DNA from: Candidatus Brocadiia bacterium
GTDB lineage: Bacteria; Planctomycetota; Brocadiia; CAIUPP01
Direction: 5' to 3'
DNA: 64,000 bases
Assembly (NCBI GenBank): GCA_050015075.1
Contig: JBEKCB010000002.1
Span: 64,001-128,000, forward strand
The position numbers were made by a program, and so were the translations under genes. Position 1 is the first letter of the stretch; each line of letters begins with the position of its first letter. Below the pieces are notes generated by a model. That model searched no databases and was not told where the DNA came from. It was given only the letters and a program-made list of their open reading frames with translations. Shown here in pieces: positions 18,743 through 28,751 of the stretch.

Positions 18743-20911
18743 ATGTACGATCTCGCGGCGATTCAGGAGATTTACCTCTCGGCGCCGGAGGAGGCGGTTT
18801 TCCTCGAGCGCGCCAGGATATTGCAGGAGACGAAGTCGAAATTCGCGGGCGCGCCTCCCGGCGTTCGTCAGGGAAAGATCATCCAAGAACTCTGCGACCG
18901 CATTTCCGTGGTCGTAAGCCCTGCCGATGTGCTGCTGGGGAGAATCCTGGAGCAAGTGCCCGGCAGCGAGGATGAGAAGTTCGTCCAGGAGCATCCTGAA
19001 CTTTTCCTTGAGGCGGGCGCGCCCGGATGGCTGGATTCGGACTCGCTCTACATACCGGACTGGAACCACCTGCTGGAGAAAGGACTGCAAGGATTAGCGG
19101 CGGAAGTTGAGGCTCGCCGGCGCGCAGCGGACGGCCGGGCCGCAGACGCTCGGGAGCTGGAGGACATGCTGCAAGGAATCTCGCTCTCGCTGTCTGGAAT
19201 TTCGCGGCTTGCTATTCGCTACGCGGAGGAAGCGAGGCGGGTTGCGGGCGGGCAGGAAGACCCGGAGGCGCGGGCGCGGCTTTTGCGCGCGGCGGACTGC
19301 TGCTCGGCGATTGCCCGGCGTCCGCCGGAGAGTCTCCATGAAGCCTTACAGCTTTTCATCCTCTTTCACATGGTGCTTTCCTGCCTTGTCGGCGGCAGGG
19401 ATGTCACGCCGGGTCGAATGGACCAGTGCCTTCGCCGGTTCTACGAGAGCGACCTGGCCGGCGGGAAACTGACTCGCGACGAGGCCGTGGAGTTGCTCGC
19501 CGTGATGATGACCATGCTGCCCCAGATGGCCGGCCGCGAAACCACGGGGTTGCTCTGCACGAAACGCACGCCGAACAGGAACTCCCACTATTACATCACC
19601 GTGGGCGGGATTACGGCGGAGGGCGAAAGCGCGGTGAACGACCTCTCGGCCGCATTGCTCGCGGCGCGACGTCTGGTCAAGTTTCCGGAGCCTACCCTTT
19701 CCGTCCGCTACTGGGAAGGCATTGACCGTGGCTTCTGGACGCAGGCGGTCCGGGCCATGCGGGACAGCCTGCCGGTTTTCGCCTACAACGATGACGTGGT
19801 CATCGCAGCGCTGACTGACCACGGGACGGCCGAACGCGGCGCGCGGGATTACGCTCACTGCGCGTGCCTGAACTGTTTCATTCCGGGGGACGACCTTCCG
19901 CCGCTGCGCGAGAACTACAATGTGCCTCTGCTGGTCCTGTCGGCCATGAACCAGGGGCGGTCGCTGGAGACCGATGAGCAAATCGGCGCCGCCACGCCCG
20001 CGGCGCGCGAAATGATTGAATTCGATGACTTCTTCGCGGCGTTCCGGGCGCAACTGCGATTCGCGCTCGACCGGGTCAGCGCCCGACTGGCCCACGTGAC
20101 GGGCCCGGGCTATCCGCTTCCGGCCCGCTGCCTCTTCAAGGGCCAACTGGACGAGGCGCGCAGTTACCGCGACCGCCATGACTGGTACTCGGACCAGCAC
20201 ATGGTCGGCGTCGCCACCACCATAGATTCGCTCCTGGCGATCCGCCAGGTCGTTTACCGGGAGAAGCGGATTTCGCTGGAGGCGTTCCGGAAGATGCTGG
20301 CGAGCGATTTCGATGAGCAGGAAGCCTTCCGCCAATATCTCAGGCAGCGAGTCCCGTCCTACGGGAGCGATGACGCAGACGTGCTGGAGATGATCCGCCG
20401 GGTCGCGGAGGCATGGTGCGAGGAGGTCGAGCGGTCCGGCGCGGCGCATGGAATCCGGCTGCGCCCCTCGTTCTACTCCTGGCTGTACAACATCGAGATG
20501 GGGAAAAGCACGCCCGCCACGCCGGACGGCAGGCCGGCAGGCGAGCCGTTGAGTTCCGGCCAGACTCCTTCGCAAGGCAATGGGCGAGCGCCGACGGAGG
20601 TGCTCCGTTCGATGGCGCAGTTGGCGCACAGGCGCACCTGCTCCGGCGGCACCACGTTCCGCATCAACCCGTCGCACTTCAAGGGGGAACGCGGCGTGGA
20701 GAGGCTCCGGGCCTTGATCGAGACCTACTTCGCGCTGGGAGGATTGCACATCCAGTTCATTCCCGTTCAGAAGGAAACGCTGCTCGACGCGGTTCAGCAT
20801 CCGGAAAAACACCGGGACCTGATGATCCGCGTGACGGGTTTCAGCGCCCGCTTTGTCGAGCTGCCGCCTGACGCACAACAGGAAATCATCCAGCGAGCCG
20901 AGTATGCTTGA
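18743..20911 (+). CDS. Glycyl radical enzyme (PFL-like family), substrate unknown
   Basis: PGRMDQ, ITVGG, ATPDGR, C-terminal HPEKHRDLMIRVTGFSARF glycyl loop. Confidence 0.9.
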   Translation: MYDLAAIQEIYLSAPEEAVFLERARILQETKSKFAGAPPGVRQGKIIQELCDRISVVVSPADVLLGRILEQVPGSEDEKFVQEHPELFLEAGAPGWLDSDSLYIPDWNHLLEKGLQGLAAEVEARRRAADGRAADARELEDMLQGISLSLSGISRLAIRYAEEARRVAGGQEDPEARARLLRAADCCSAIARRPPESLHEALQLFILFHMVLSCLVGGRDVTPGRMDQCLRRFYESDLAGGKLTRDEAVELLAVMMTMLPQMAGRETTGLLCTKRTPNRNSHYYITVGGITAEGESAVNDLSAALLAARRLVKFPEPTLSVRYWEGIDRGFWTQAVRAMRDSLPVFAYNDDVVIAALTDHGTAERGARDYAHCACLNCFIPGDDLPPLRENYNVPLLVLSAMNQGRSLETDEQIGAATPAAREMIEFDDFFAAFRAQLRFALDRVSARLAHVTGPGYPLPARCLFKGQLDEARSYRDRHDWYSDQHMVGVATTIDSLLAIRQVVYREKRISLEAFRKMLASDFDEQEAFRQYLRQRVPSYGSDDADVLEMIRRVAEAWCEEVERSGAAHGIRLRPSFYSWLYNIEMGKSTPATPDGRPAGEPLSSGQTPSQGNGRAPTEVLRSMAQLAHRRTCSGGTTFRINPSHFKGERGVERLRALIETYFALGGLHIQFIPVQKETLLDAVQHPEKHRDLMIRVTGFSARFVELPPDAQQEIIQRAEYA

Positions 20912-21857
20912 CACGGGCGCGCGTCAAACGATGAATTCCCCGAAGGGGCTGATCTTCGACATCAAACGCTTCGCAATCCATGACGGCCCGGGCATCAGGA
21001 CGGCGTTTTTCCTCAAGGGCTGTCCGCTGGGATGTCTCTGGTGTCACAATCCCGAAGGGATCGCGCCCGAGCCGGAGATACTCTACGACTCCCGGTTCTG
21101 CATCCGCTGCGGCGCCTGCGTGAACGAGTGCACCCAGGGCGCGCATTCCGTCTCCGCCGGCGGCCACGTGTATGACCGCCGGCTGTGCCGGGCTTGCGGA
21201 TCTTGCGCGAGGCGGTGTCCCTCTCAAGCGTTGCACCAGGTCGGGCGTGAGATGGCTGCGGCGGAGCTGATCGAAATTGCGCTGCGGGACAGGCCATTCT
21301 ACCAAAGGTCCGGCGGCGGTATCACTCTGTCCGGCGGCGAACCGATGATGCAGACCTCCTTTGTCCTGGAGGTCCTTACGGCCGCCAGGGCCGAGCGGCT
21401 GCACACCTGCGTAGACACGTCCGGTTTTGCGCCCTGGCCGGATTTTGCCCGAGTGCTCCGTTACGTGGATCTCTTCCTTTATGACTTGAAGGATACGGAC
21501 GCGCGGCGGCACCGAGCCAACACAGGCGTGGATTCGGCTCTCATCCTGGACAACCTGCGGCGCCTGGACCGGGCCGGCGCGAATCTGACTCTGCGCTGTC
21601 CGATCATCCCGGGCGTCAACGACAACGAGGAGCACTTCCGCGAGCTTACCCGGTTGTGGCAGTCGCTTGCGACCGCCCCGGTCATGGAAATACTGCCGCA
21701 CCACAGGATGGGCGAGGCGAAACGGGAGAGAATCGCGAAACCCTCAGCCAACGAGCCGTTTCCACAGGCGGATCCCCAATCCGCCCAAGGATGGGCCGAC
21801 AGGCTGAGAGCGCTCGGCGTGAACCGCGTTGAACTGAACTTAACGCACCTTCAGTAG
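20904..21857 (+). CDS. Glycyl-radical enzyme activating radical SAM protein with ferredoxin-like insert
   Basis: HDGPGIRT, GCPLGCLWCHNPE, two CxxCxxCxxxC motifs, GGITLSGGEP; overlaps the GRE stop. Confidence 0.93.
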   Translation: MLDTGARQTMNSPKGLIFDIKRFAIHDGPGIRTAFFLKGCPLGCLWCHNPEGIAPEPEILYDSRFCIRCGACVNECTQGAHSVSAGGHVYDRRLCRACGSCARRCPSQALHQVGREMAAAELIEIALRDRPFYQRSGGGITLSGGEPMMQTSFVLEVLTAARAERLHTCVDTSGFAPWPDFARVLRYVDLFLYDLKDTDARRHRANTGVDSALILDNLRRLDRAGANLTLRCPIIPGVNDNEEHFRELTRLWQSLATAPVMEILPHHRMGEAKRERIAKPSANEPFPQADPQSAQGWADRLRALGVNRVELNLTHLQ

Positions 21858-21896
21858 TCCCGCGTAAATGAAAATCACGGCGACGCGGCCAGCCCG

Positions 21897-23153
21897 CTAC
21901 AGCTTCGACCGGATTCGGTCGTCCATCGCCTGCTGGTCGGTGGTGAAGGAGCATAAGCCCGAGACGGTCATGAGCGCGTCGAGTCCGATTTCGCCGCGCG
22001 CGAGGCGGTCTTTCCAGCGGGCGTATTGCGGGACTTTTCCGTCGGCGGTCACTCCCTGAATATCCGCCGGCGACCATGCGGGCAGCACGTCGGCGAACCC
22101 GCGCTCGGCCAGGAACTCGCACAGCGCGCTCGCGGACCAGCGCGAGAGGTCCCGCTCGAGCAGGTCGCGGACGGCCTTCCTGAAGTCCGGCGGCACTTCC
22201 CACAGCGCCGCGATGCCGAGCGCCTTCGCATCCACCGACGGCGCCAGCTCGACTTCGGGGTCCTGGTCCACGGTCGGCGACAAGCCGGCGGGCGCGGGGT
22301 TGAGCCGTTCGAACTGCTGCGCCACTTTCGGCGGCATCGTCAGCACGTCCACCCCGGCGAGCGCGGCGACCTGCGCGCCGTCGCGCAGGCTGGCGGCGAT
22401 CTGCCGGGTGGCGATGCCCGGTCCGGCGCGCAATTCGCGGACGGCCCGCTGACTGGCGAGGGTGGCTTTTTCGCCGACGGCCTTTCCGCTGCCGAGCCGC
22501 TGGTCCGCGACGAAGGCGTTGAGCCGGCCGAGGAACACGTTGACGAACGCCGGCCGCGCCAGCGACGTGATCAGCCAGTTCTGCCGGGCGCTGAAGCCCA
22601 GGGTGAAGTTCACCGGCACGCCCTGCTCTCCGAGCCGCCGCGCCGCCAGAATGCCGGCCGGCGTCAGCGGGACCTTGACGTAGAACGATTCCGGCGAGAT
22701 CTCGCGATAGCGCAGGCCGTACCGAACGGTGCGGTCGGCGTCGTGCGCGAGCGCGGTGTGCATCTCGACGCTGACCTTCGCGCCGAAACGGCGGCTGAGC
22801 CGAAGCCCGTGCCGCGCGTTCAGCACGAATGCGATCTCCACCACCCGGTCTTCCTCCGGCACCTGGCCCTTCAGTTCGCCGGCGACCTGCCCGATGAGGT
22901 CATCGTAGATGCCTTTCTGCACCTCCCGGTTGAGGAGCGTGTTGTTGGTCGTCAGCGCCGTGAATTCCCGCCGCCACATCAGCGAGATTTCGTCCATGTC
23001 GCCGGTGTCGAGCCACAGGCTGCTTCCGCAGCGCTTCATCGCCGCCCACAAGGGGCTGGTGGCAACCTGCGGCGGAAGGAACGGCTCCGCGGGCTGGCTC
23101 AACACGATTTTGCGGACCTTCTCGGCAACCGCTGTGGATGTACTGTCCTTCAT
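21897..23153 (-). CDS. Transaldolase family protein
   Basis: LWLDTGD, TTNNTLL, YVKVP, VNFTLGFS, IAASLR, VLTMPP. Confidence 0.85.
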   Translation of the reverse strand: MKDSTSTAVAEKVRKIVLSQPAEPFLPPQVATSPLWAAMKRCGSSLWLDTGDMDEISLMWRREFTALTTNNTLLNREVQKGIYDDLIGQVAGELKGQVPEEDRVVEIAFVLNARHGLRLSRRFGAKVSVEMHTALAHDADRTVRYGLRYREISPESFYVKVPLTPAGILAARRLGEQGVPVNFTLGFSARQNWLITSLARPAFVNVFLGRLNAFVADQRLGSGKAVGEKATLASQRAVRELRAGPGIATRQIAASLRDGAQVAALAGVDVLTMPPKVAQQFERLNPAPAGLSPTVDQDPEVELAPSVDAKALGIAALWEVPPDFRKAVRDLLERDLSRWSASALCEFLAERGFADVLPAWSPADIQGVTADGKVPQYARWKDRLARGEIGLDALMTVSGLCSFTTDQQAMDDRIRSKL

Positions 23154-23281
23154 CTCTTTGCCCCTCCGAAAGCGCCCCAATCGTCACTCGCACCCTGTCC
23201 GGATTTTAGCGCACCGCGCCAAGAAGAGCAAAACGGCTGCGGAAAATATCGAGGACGGAAACGGTATTCAGCGCGCGTCGC

Positions 23282-23695
23282 TCATTCGCCCATGACCTTG
23301 ATGACAACCCGTTTCCGCCTCTGCCCATCGAACTCTGCGTAAAACACCTGTTGCCATGGACCGAGGTCGAGTTTGCCATCGGTGATGGGCAGGACGACCT
23401 GGTGATGGACCAGCAGGCTCTTCAGGTGGCTGTCGCCGTTCGTCTCGCCGGTGTGGTGATGGCGGTAATCTTCGCGGTAAGGCGCCAGCCGTTCGGCCCA
23501 TTCGTCAATGTCGTGCAGGATGCCGCGTTCGTCGTCGTTGACGAAGACGCCGGCGGTGATGTGCATCGCCGAGACGAGGACCATGCCCTCCTTCACGCCG
23601 CTCTTCTGCACGCTCTCGGCGACCTGGTCGGTGATCCGCACGTACTCGCGGTGTTTCGCCGTGTTGAACCAGAGGTAATCGGTTCTCGATTTCAT
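23282..23695 (-). CDS. yjbQ: YjbQ / UPF0047 secondary thiamine-phosphate synthase family
   Basis: [34 protein letters not shown]. Confidence 0.9.
   Translation of the reverse strand: MKSRTDYLWFNTAKHREYVRITDQVAESVQKSGVKEGMVLVSAMHITAGVFVNDDERGILHDIDEWAERLAPYREDYRHHHTGETNGDSHLKSLLVHHQVVLPITDGKLDLGPWQQVFYAEFDGQRRKRVVIKVMGE
23652..23683. repeat. 32-bp direct repeat, copy inside the functional yjbQ
   Basis: tgtttcgccgtgttgaaccagaggtaatcggt identical to 24784-24815. Confidence 0.9.
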
Positions 23696-24564
23696 ATTTC
23701 GCCTCCGGGTAATCCCGCGTTGGCGACGGCCGTAGCGTCGGGTGGCGGGCTTTGTTTGCTTGCAACCCCGACGAGCTTTTTTCTCCGTACCAGGAACAGG
23801 ACCGCACCTAAAGGCAAACCGAATGAAAAAATCCATGGGCCATACGGCTGCCTCACTGCACCGGCGCCAAATAAATGGAAGTCCAGCGGGTGGACCCTCC
23901 ATTGCCCATCGGCCCGCTCAATCCCGAAGGCGGTCCATTGCCCGGTAGTCCAGTTCATATTGAAACTGCCTATGCCAACAATAATGAAGATAATCCAGAG
24001 CCATTTTCTCTTTGCCATCTTCGTCCTGATGCATAATACGAGGACGCATAAGATGAATAGCGGAATCAAAACGACGAGCGCGAGGACACTGTACTGGAAT
24101 GCGCTCTTGCCGGCGAAAGTGAATTTGTGGATGTTCTCTAAAGAATCTGAGATGCGGTATGTGTTGAATCCGATGATGGTGGAAACATCACCTTTTTTCT
24201 GAACCGCAACATTAATCAGAAGCCACGCGCTCGGAAACTGATACTCAAACGAGAGGTTGCTTCGGTAGAGGCCCGGACTGCGAAAGACATTCGCGCCGAT
24301 GACCTTGACTGATAGTGGGTCTTGAGGCGGAATGAATTCAGCCATCTTCAGCAGCGTTTCATGAGTAAGCGCAGACTTGAGGCTTGGGTCAATGTCCTTT
24401 TCAATCTGCTCAAAGTTGTTTTGCCGAAGCTGGGCGATGTAGCCTTTCGCAACCTGCTCGTCTTCAGGTGGAGTCCATGCCTTCATCATGTCTTCCGGTG
24501 ATTTATAGCAGCCTGCGAGGCCGGCCAGCAGCAAGGCAGCAAACAGATTGACGTAGCGCATCAT
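23692..24564 (-). CDS. Hypothetical membrane lipoprotein (AT-richer insert)
   Basis: Lipobox LAGC, soluble domain then about 3 TM segments; ATGA overlap with yjbQ start. Confidence 0.8.
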   Translation of the reverse strand: MMRYVNLFAALLLAGLAGCYKSPEDMMKAWTPPEDEQVAKGYIAQLRQNNFEQIEKDIDPSLKSALTHETLLKMAEFIPPQDPLSVKVIGANVFRSPGLYRSNLSFEYQFPSAWLLINVAVQKKGDVSTIIGFNTYRISDSLENIHKFTFAGKSAFQYSVLALVVLIPLFILCVLVLCIRTKMAKRKWLWIIFIIVGIGSFNMNWTTGQWTAFGIERADGQWRVHPLDFHLFGAGAVRQPYGPWIFSFGLPLGAVLFLVRRKKLVGVASKQSPPPDATAVANAGLPGGEI

Positions 24565-24783
24565 TTTGCCTCTTGTAAGGTCCCCGCCATAGGACGCTCA
24601 GACGTCAAATGTCACATTCTGACGAGAGAGGTCACCTCCGTCAAGAACTTTTTCTTCAGTCTGCCCGCCTTGAACGACTCGAAGGCGCGGAGCTTGATTC
24701 AGAGAACGAGGGCGAGCTAGAATCGCTCTAAAATACTCGGGATTCACGCTCCGGCGAGCAATAATTAATTCTCGATATAGCCC

Positions 24784-24827
24784 TGTTTCGCCGTGTTGAA
24801 CCAGAGGTAATCGGTGCGCGACTTCAT
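24784..24827 (-). pseudogene. Orphaned 5' fragment of yjbQ ([14 protein letters not shown]) with its own RBS
   Basis: Same first 14 residues as yjbQ, AGGAGG RBS upstream, stop shortly after the repeat ends. Confidence 0.8.
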
Positions 24828-25043
24828 CTTTCCACCTCCTCAAGTCAGGAACGCCCCGCCAGTATATGCGTTGCGGCGCGCGAGTCAATCCCGCCCTGTC
24901 CCGGCGGCGCCCGTCCGCCGCATATTGAATGCATCCGGCGCGCCGCCCTTCCTGTCGCCGGCGCGCATAATTACTTCATATACAATGTTGACTTACCATC
25001 ACACTGAGGTAGAATAGCATATCAGGACAGAAACTGTAGCAAA

Positions 25044-25898
25044 ATGGTTCAACGCACGGCGGGTAAAACGGACCCGGACGCGATGAAGCACTCGATCACA
25101 ATCGGCGGTCTGCAAAGGGACATTGACATCCGACCGATGGATGAGGATTTCATTGTCTACCGGAAGATGTACGTCCCGCCGCTCACCCGCGAGAACATCT
25201 CCCAGATCAACCCGGGCGATTGGCGCGAGCACCTCGAAGAGTTCAAACGCGCCGGGTGGCAGCAGGCCATCCAGGCGTTCCTGCAACGGGAGATCCGCGC
25301 GCTGGGCAGTTGCGCCATGCTCGGCTGGGACGGCAACGGCGTCGTCGCCATGATGTACTTTACCACCGCGGAGATGTACGATGCCTTCAAGGCGCGCCGC
25401 GGCTGCCACTGCGTTGAGAGCCGAAGAATGCCGGCCGTGATCGAGTCGCTCAAAGACGAGCAGGTCGCCGAACTGCTGAGTTCGCCGAGCAAGACGCTGC
25501 GGGTTCTCTGCTTCAATGTCGGCCATTTCGACCAGCGGTACCACGGGCAAGGCATCGCGACCGCCATGATCGAATGCCTCAAGCCGTGGGCCCGCGAGCG
25601 AGGCTGGCGGCGGATCCTGGCGGATTCCTGTCCGGACATCACGCCGCCGACGGTGGTCGGGGATCATCTCCTCCGCCGCGGCGCGCTGGAGCGGCGCGGG
25701 TTCCGCGTGCTCGAAAACACGCTCGCGCCGCCGGAGCAGGCGCGCGCCCGCCTGCGCGCGATCGAGGCTTACGCGAGCGGCAAGCAGGAGCATTCCGCCG
25801 AGGCGAGCTGGTACGTCCGCAATTTCCCGCGCCTCCACGCCGCGTTCGTCTGGCGGTCCGAGTACGACCTCGACCACGTGATGGCGTGCGATTTGTGA
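25044..25898 (+). CDS. GNAT-like acetyltransferase
   Basis: RYHGQGIATAMI motif; start may be 25083. Confidence 0.7.
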   Translation: MVQRTAGKTDPDAMKHSITIGGLQRDIDIRPMDEDFIVYRKMYVPPLTRENISQINPGDWREHLEEFKRAGWQQAIQAFLQREIRALGSCAMLGWDGNGVVAMMYFTTAEMYDAFKARRGCHCVESRRMPAVIESLKDEQVAELLSSPSKTLRVLCFNVGHFDQRYHGQGIATAMIECLKPWARERGWRRILADSCPDITPPTVVGDHLLRRGALERRGFRVLENTLAPPEQARARLRAIEAYASGKQEHSAEASWYVRNFPRLHAAFVWRSEYDLDHVMACDL

Positions 25899-25901
25899 GC
25901 G

Positions 25902-26768
25902 CTATTTCCGCCCGCGCGGCTTCTTCGCCGCGCCCTTCTTCGCCTCCTCGACGAGCGCCATCAGCCGCCGGCCGTATTCGACGTAGGTGCTGTACATCGC
26001 CGCGGGGTCGGAGGTCTTCCCCTCGTGCACGATCGCGGCGATATGCGGCTCGATCGAGATGCCGCCCTGGTACCCGCCGCTGAGCAGGTCGCGCACGATC
26101 CGCGCCACGTCGCCCTGCCCTTCGCCCGGATAGCACGGCTGGGCCTTCTCGCCGGTCTTCCGCGCATCCTTGATGTGGACGTACGCGACCTGCGGCTTCA
26201 CCTGCGCGTAGTAATCGAACGACGCCTGCCCGTGAAAAACGGTGTTGCCGGTGTCGAAGACCAGTTTCAGCGCCGGCGAGCCGACCGCGGCGATCAGCTC
26301 GAGCGACTGCTTCGGCCCGAGCCCGCCCCAGCCGTCGCAGTTCTCGTGGACGAGCGTCACACCGCCGTCCTCGGCCATCTTCGCCATCTCGCGGATGCGC
26401 CGGACCGCCTCGGCGCGCCACTGCGCCTCGGGCACATTGGTCTTGTTCGTGTAGCTCATGATCCGGATAAAGGGCGTGTTCAGCTTCTTCATGCGCGGGA
26501 TGGAGCGCTTCAGCTCATCCACGTCCACCTCGAACGGCCCGAGAATGTCCCGCGACCAGTTGGCGATCCGGCTCGCGAAGCACGAGACCTGGATGCCGGC
26601 CTTCTGCAACTGCGAGCGGATTTCCTCGAACGGCTTCTCGTCGGCCAAGGCGAGCGTCGTGTCGTTGACGGCGCGGATTTCGATGTGCTTCCATCCGAGT
26701 TCCTTGTGCGCGCGGATCTGCGTCTCCAGCGGTGTTCCGGCTTCGTCGGCGATCCCCGATAAAAACAT
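25902..26768 (-). CDS. Sugar phosphate isomerase/epimerase (xylose isomerase-like TIM barrel)
   Basis: SGIADE, HENC, FDTGN, HIKD, SIEPH; AAAGGAG RBS at ATG 26768. Confidence 0.88.
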   Translation of the reverse strand: MFLSGIADEAGTPLETQIRAHKELGWKHIEIRAVNDTTLALADEKPFEEIRSQLQKAGIQVSCFASRIANWSRDILGPFEVDVDELKRSIPRMKKLNTPFIRIMSYTNKTNVPEAQWRAEAVRRIREMAKMAEDGGVTLVHENCDGWGGLGPKQSLELIAAVGSPALKLVFDTGNTVFHGQASFDYYAQVKPQVAYVHIKDARKTGEKAQPCYPGEGQGDVARIVRDLLSGGYQGGISIEPHIAAIVHEGKTSDPAAMYSTYVEYGRRLMALVEEAKKGAAKKPRGRK

Positions 26769-26812
26769 CCCGGCTCCTTTCAAAGAAGCTTTAACCACGG
26801 CAGAAGAATTTT

Positions 26813-26896
26813 AACCACAGATGGACACAGATTTACACAGATAAGAGAAACGACACCTTAATCCGTATCTGTGTTCATCTGTGCCCATCTGTGGTT
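26813..26896. repeat. Palindromic element (ACACAGAT arms)
   Basis: aaccacagatggacacagat ... atctgtgcccatctgtggtt; related copy at 47430-47501. Confidence 0.8.
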
Positions 26897-26937
26897 CCAG
26901 TCGTTATCTGTTATCTCCGTTATCCTGTCAGCGCGGT

Positions 26938-27717
26938 TTACTTCTTGAAGATCTCGTCGAAAAACTTCTTCATCGCATCCCAGGAACGCCGATCGGCCGC
27001 CGCGTTGTACGCCACGCCTCTCGACGGATCGTCGCCGGAGGCGGGGTTGGTGAAGCTGTGCACCGCGCCGCCGTAAAAGATCATCTGCCAGTCCACTTTC
27101 GCGTCGCGCATCTCCTGCTGGAAAGCCGCGACCTGCGCCGCGTTGACGTGCGGATCGTCCGCGCCGTGCAGGACCAGCACTTTCGCCCGGATATTCTTCG
27201 CATCGTCGGCATTCGGCGTGTCGAGGTTGCCGTGGAAGCTCGCGACCCCGGCGATGTCCGCGCCGCTGCGGGCCAGTTCGAGCACCACGCCGCCGCCGAA
27301 GCAGTATCCGATGGCCGCGACGCGCCGCGGATCGCATTGCGGATTCTTCCGCAGCGTCTCGAGCGCCGCCTGCGCCCGCGCGCGCATCAGCGGGCGGTCG
27401 TTCCGCAGCGCCGTCGCCAGCTTGCCGGCTTCCGCCGCGTCCTTCGCGACGACGCCGTCCCCGTACATATCCACCGCAAGAGCCACGTAGCCCAGTTGCG
27501 CCAGTTGCCGCGCGCGGGACTTGGCGTAATCGTTCAGGCCGTACCACTCGTGCACCACCAGCACGCCCGGACGCCGGCCCTGGACCGCGTCGTCCCAGGC
27601 CATATAGCCGATCATCGTCGTGTCGCCCAGCTTGTACTTCACCGTCTCCGTCCGCACCTCGCCGCTGGCCGTCAACGCCGCGGCCAGCACCGTCAACGCC
27701 GGCACCAGGCACTTCAT
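26938..27717 (-). CDS. Dienelactone hydrolase family protein, secreted
   Basis: HEWYG, GYCFGG nucleophile, HGADD, HSFT. Confidence 0.92.
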   Translation of the reverse strand: MKCLVPALTVLAAALTASGEVRTETVKYKLGDTTMIGYMAWDDAVQGRRPGVLVVHEWYGLNDYAKSRARQLAQLGYVALAVDMYGDGVVAKDAAEAGKLATALRNDRPLMRARAQAALETLRKNPQCDPRRVAAIGYCFGGGVVLELARSGADIAGVASFHGNLDTPNADDAKNIRAKVLVLHGADDPHVNAAQVAAFQQEMRDAKVDWQMIFYGGAVHSFTNPASGDDPSRGVAYNAAADRRSWDAMKKFFDEIFKK

Positions 27718-27775
27718 GGCGCGCCCCCTTTCCCTCAATGGCCCCAGGATTGAAACGATTTACGAACGACGGCGG

Positions 27776-28447
27776 TCAAATCCTGCCGAGCGACTTCCAG
27801 TATCTGTACTCGTGCGGCCAGTCCTCTTTGTGCATGGAGATCAACGCTTTCATCCTGCCGAAGAACGCCGCGCGCTCCGATTCCTGGTCGGCGAAAGTCT
27901 GGCTATCGCGGATCGCGGCGACCATGCGATTGCCCAGGTCGCCGGCCTCGCCGAACCTGGCGCCCCGGCCGCCTTTACCCTCGACCTCGCTCGCCTCGGC
28001 CGCCACGCTGCCGACGGTCCAGCAGCCGAGCGCCCGGAGGAAGTGCAGGATATACCCTTCCACCACGTCGCTGCCGCTGCCGCCGGAGGTCACCACCGCC
28101 GCGCCGTACTTCCCTTCCAGCGCCTGGCAATGGATCGGGCAGGAGCAGCGGTCCATCAGCGCCTTCATCTGCGCCGTCACGCTGAAGATGTAGTTCGGGC
28201 TGGCGAGCACGATGCCGTCCGCCTTCATAAACGCCTCTTCGACTTTCTTGAAATCATCCTTGATCACGCACTGGCCCGTCTTGTGGCACGAGCCGCAGCC
28301 GCGACAAGGCTTGACGTCCATCCGGGTCACGTCGAACTGCGTCACCTCGGCGCCGGAGGCCTTGAGCGACTCCTCGACGCGCGAAAGGAGCTGTCCGGTG
28401 TTACCCTTCATCCCGTGCGGGCTGCCGATCACCGTCACGATATTCAT
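27776..28447 (-). CDS. Flavodoxin-fold NADPH-dependent FMN reductase / iron-sulfur flavoprotein
   Basis: GSPHGMKGNT, CRGCGSC...C, ASPNY, MKALMDR. Confidence 0.88.
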   Translation of the reverse strand: MNIVTVIGSPHGMKGNTGQLLSRVEESLKASGAEVTQFDVTRMDVKPCRGCGSCHKTGQCVIKDDFKKVEEAFMKADGIVLASPNYIFSVTAQMKALMDRCSCPIHCQALEGKYGAAVVTSGGSGSDVVEGYILHFLRALGCWTVGSVAAEASEVEGKGGRGARFGEAGDLGNRMVAAIRDSQTFADQESERAAFFGRMKALISMHKEDWPHEYRYWKSLGRI

Positions 28448-28571
28448 CGCGCACCTTCCCTTTCTGGCATTCGTGCCCACGAACCGAACGACGCCTGCCG
28501 CACCTCACCGATGTTACCGCGAGCATGGCGGTTTCGCAAGCCGGGCGGACAAGGACATACCGTGCGCAGGA

Positions 28572-28751
28572 TTACTTGGAGCGCCGGCTGGGGCGCAGTA
28601 TGACTTTCGTCACGCGCCCGTTCTCCAAGACATAAAGCGGGCGCCCTGACTTCCGGTGTTCCCGGCGCAACCGTCGAACCGCCCGGCGCATGGCTTCCAG
28701 CGCCTCATTTCCCAGCGCAATTTCCTCTTCGCGTGTCAGACGACGAGTCAT
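28572..28751 (-). CDS. 59-aa small partner of the zeta-like ATPase (absent from the ORF track)
   Basis: Manual translation MTRRLTREEEIALGNEALEAMRRAVRRLRREHRKSGRPLYVLENGRVTKVILRPSRRSK; ATGA overlap with the upstream stop. Confidence 0.7.
   Translation of the reverse strand: MTRRLTREEEIALGNEALEAMRRAVRRLRREHRKSGRPLYVLENGRVTKVILRPSRRSK

Noticed and set aside
24598-24888. 96-aa ORF across the yjbQ duplication
   Set aside because: Out of frame with the yjbQ fragment and spans the junction; likely spurious
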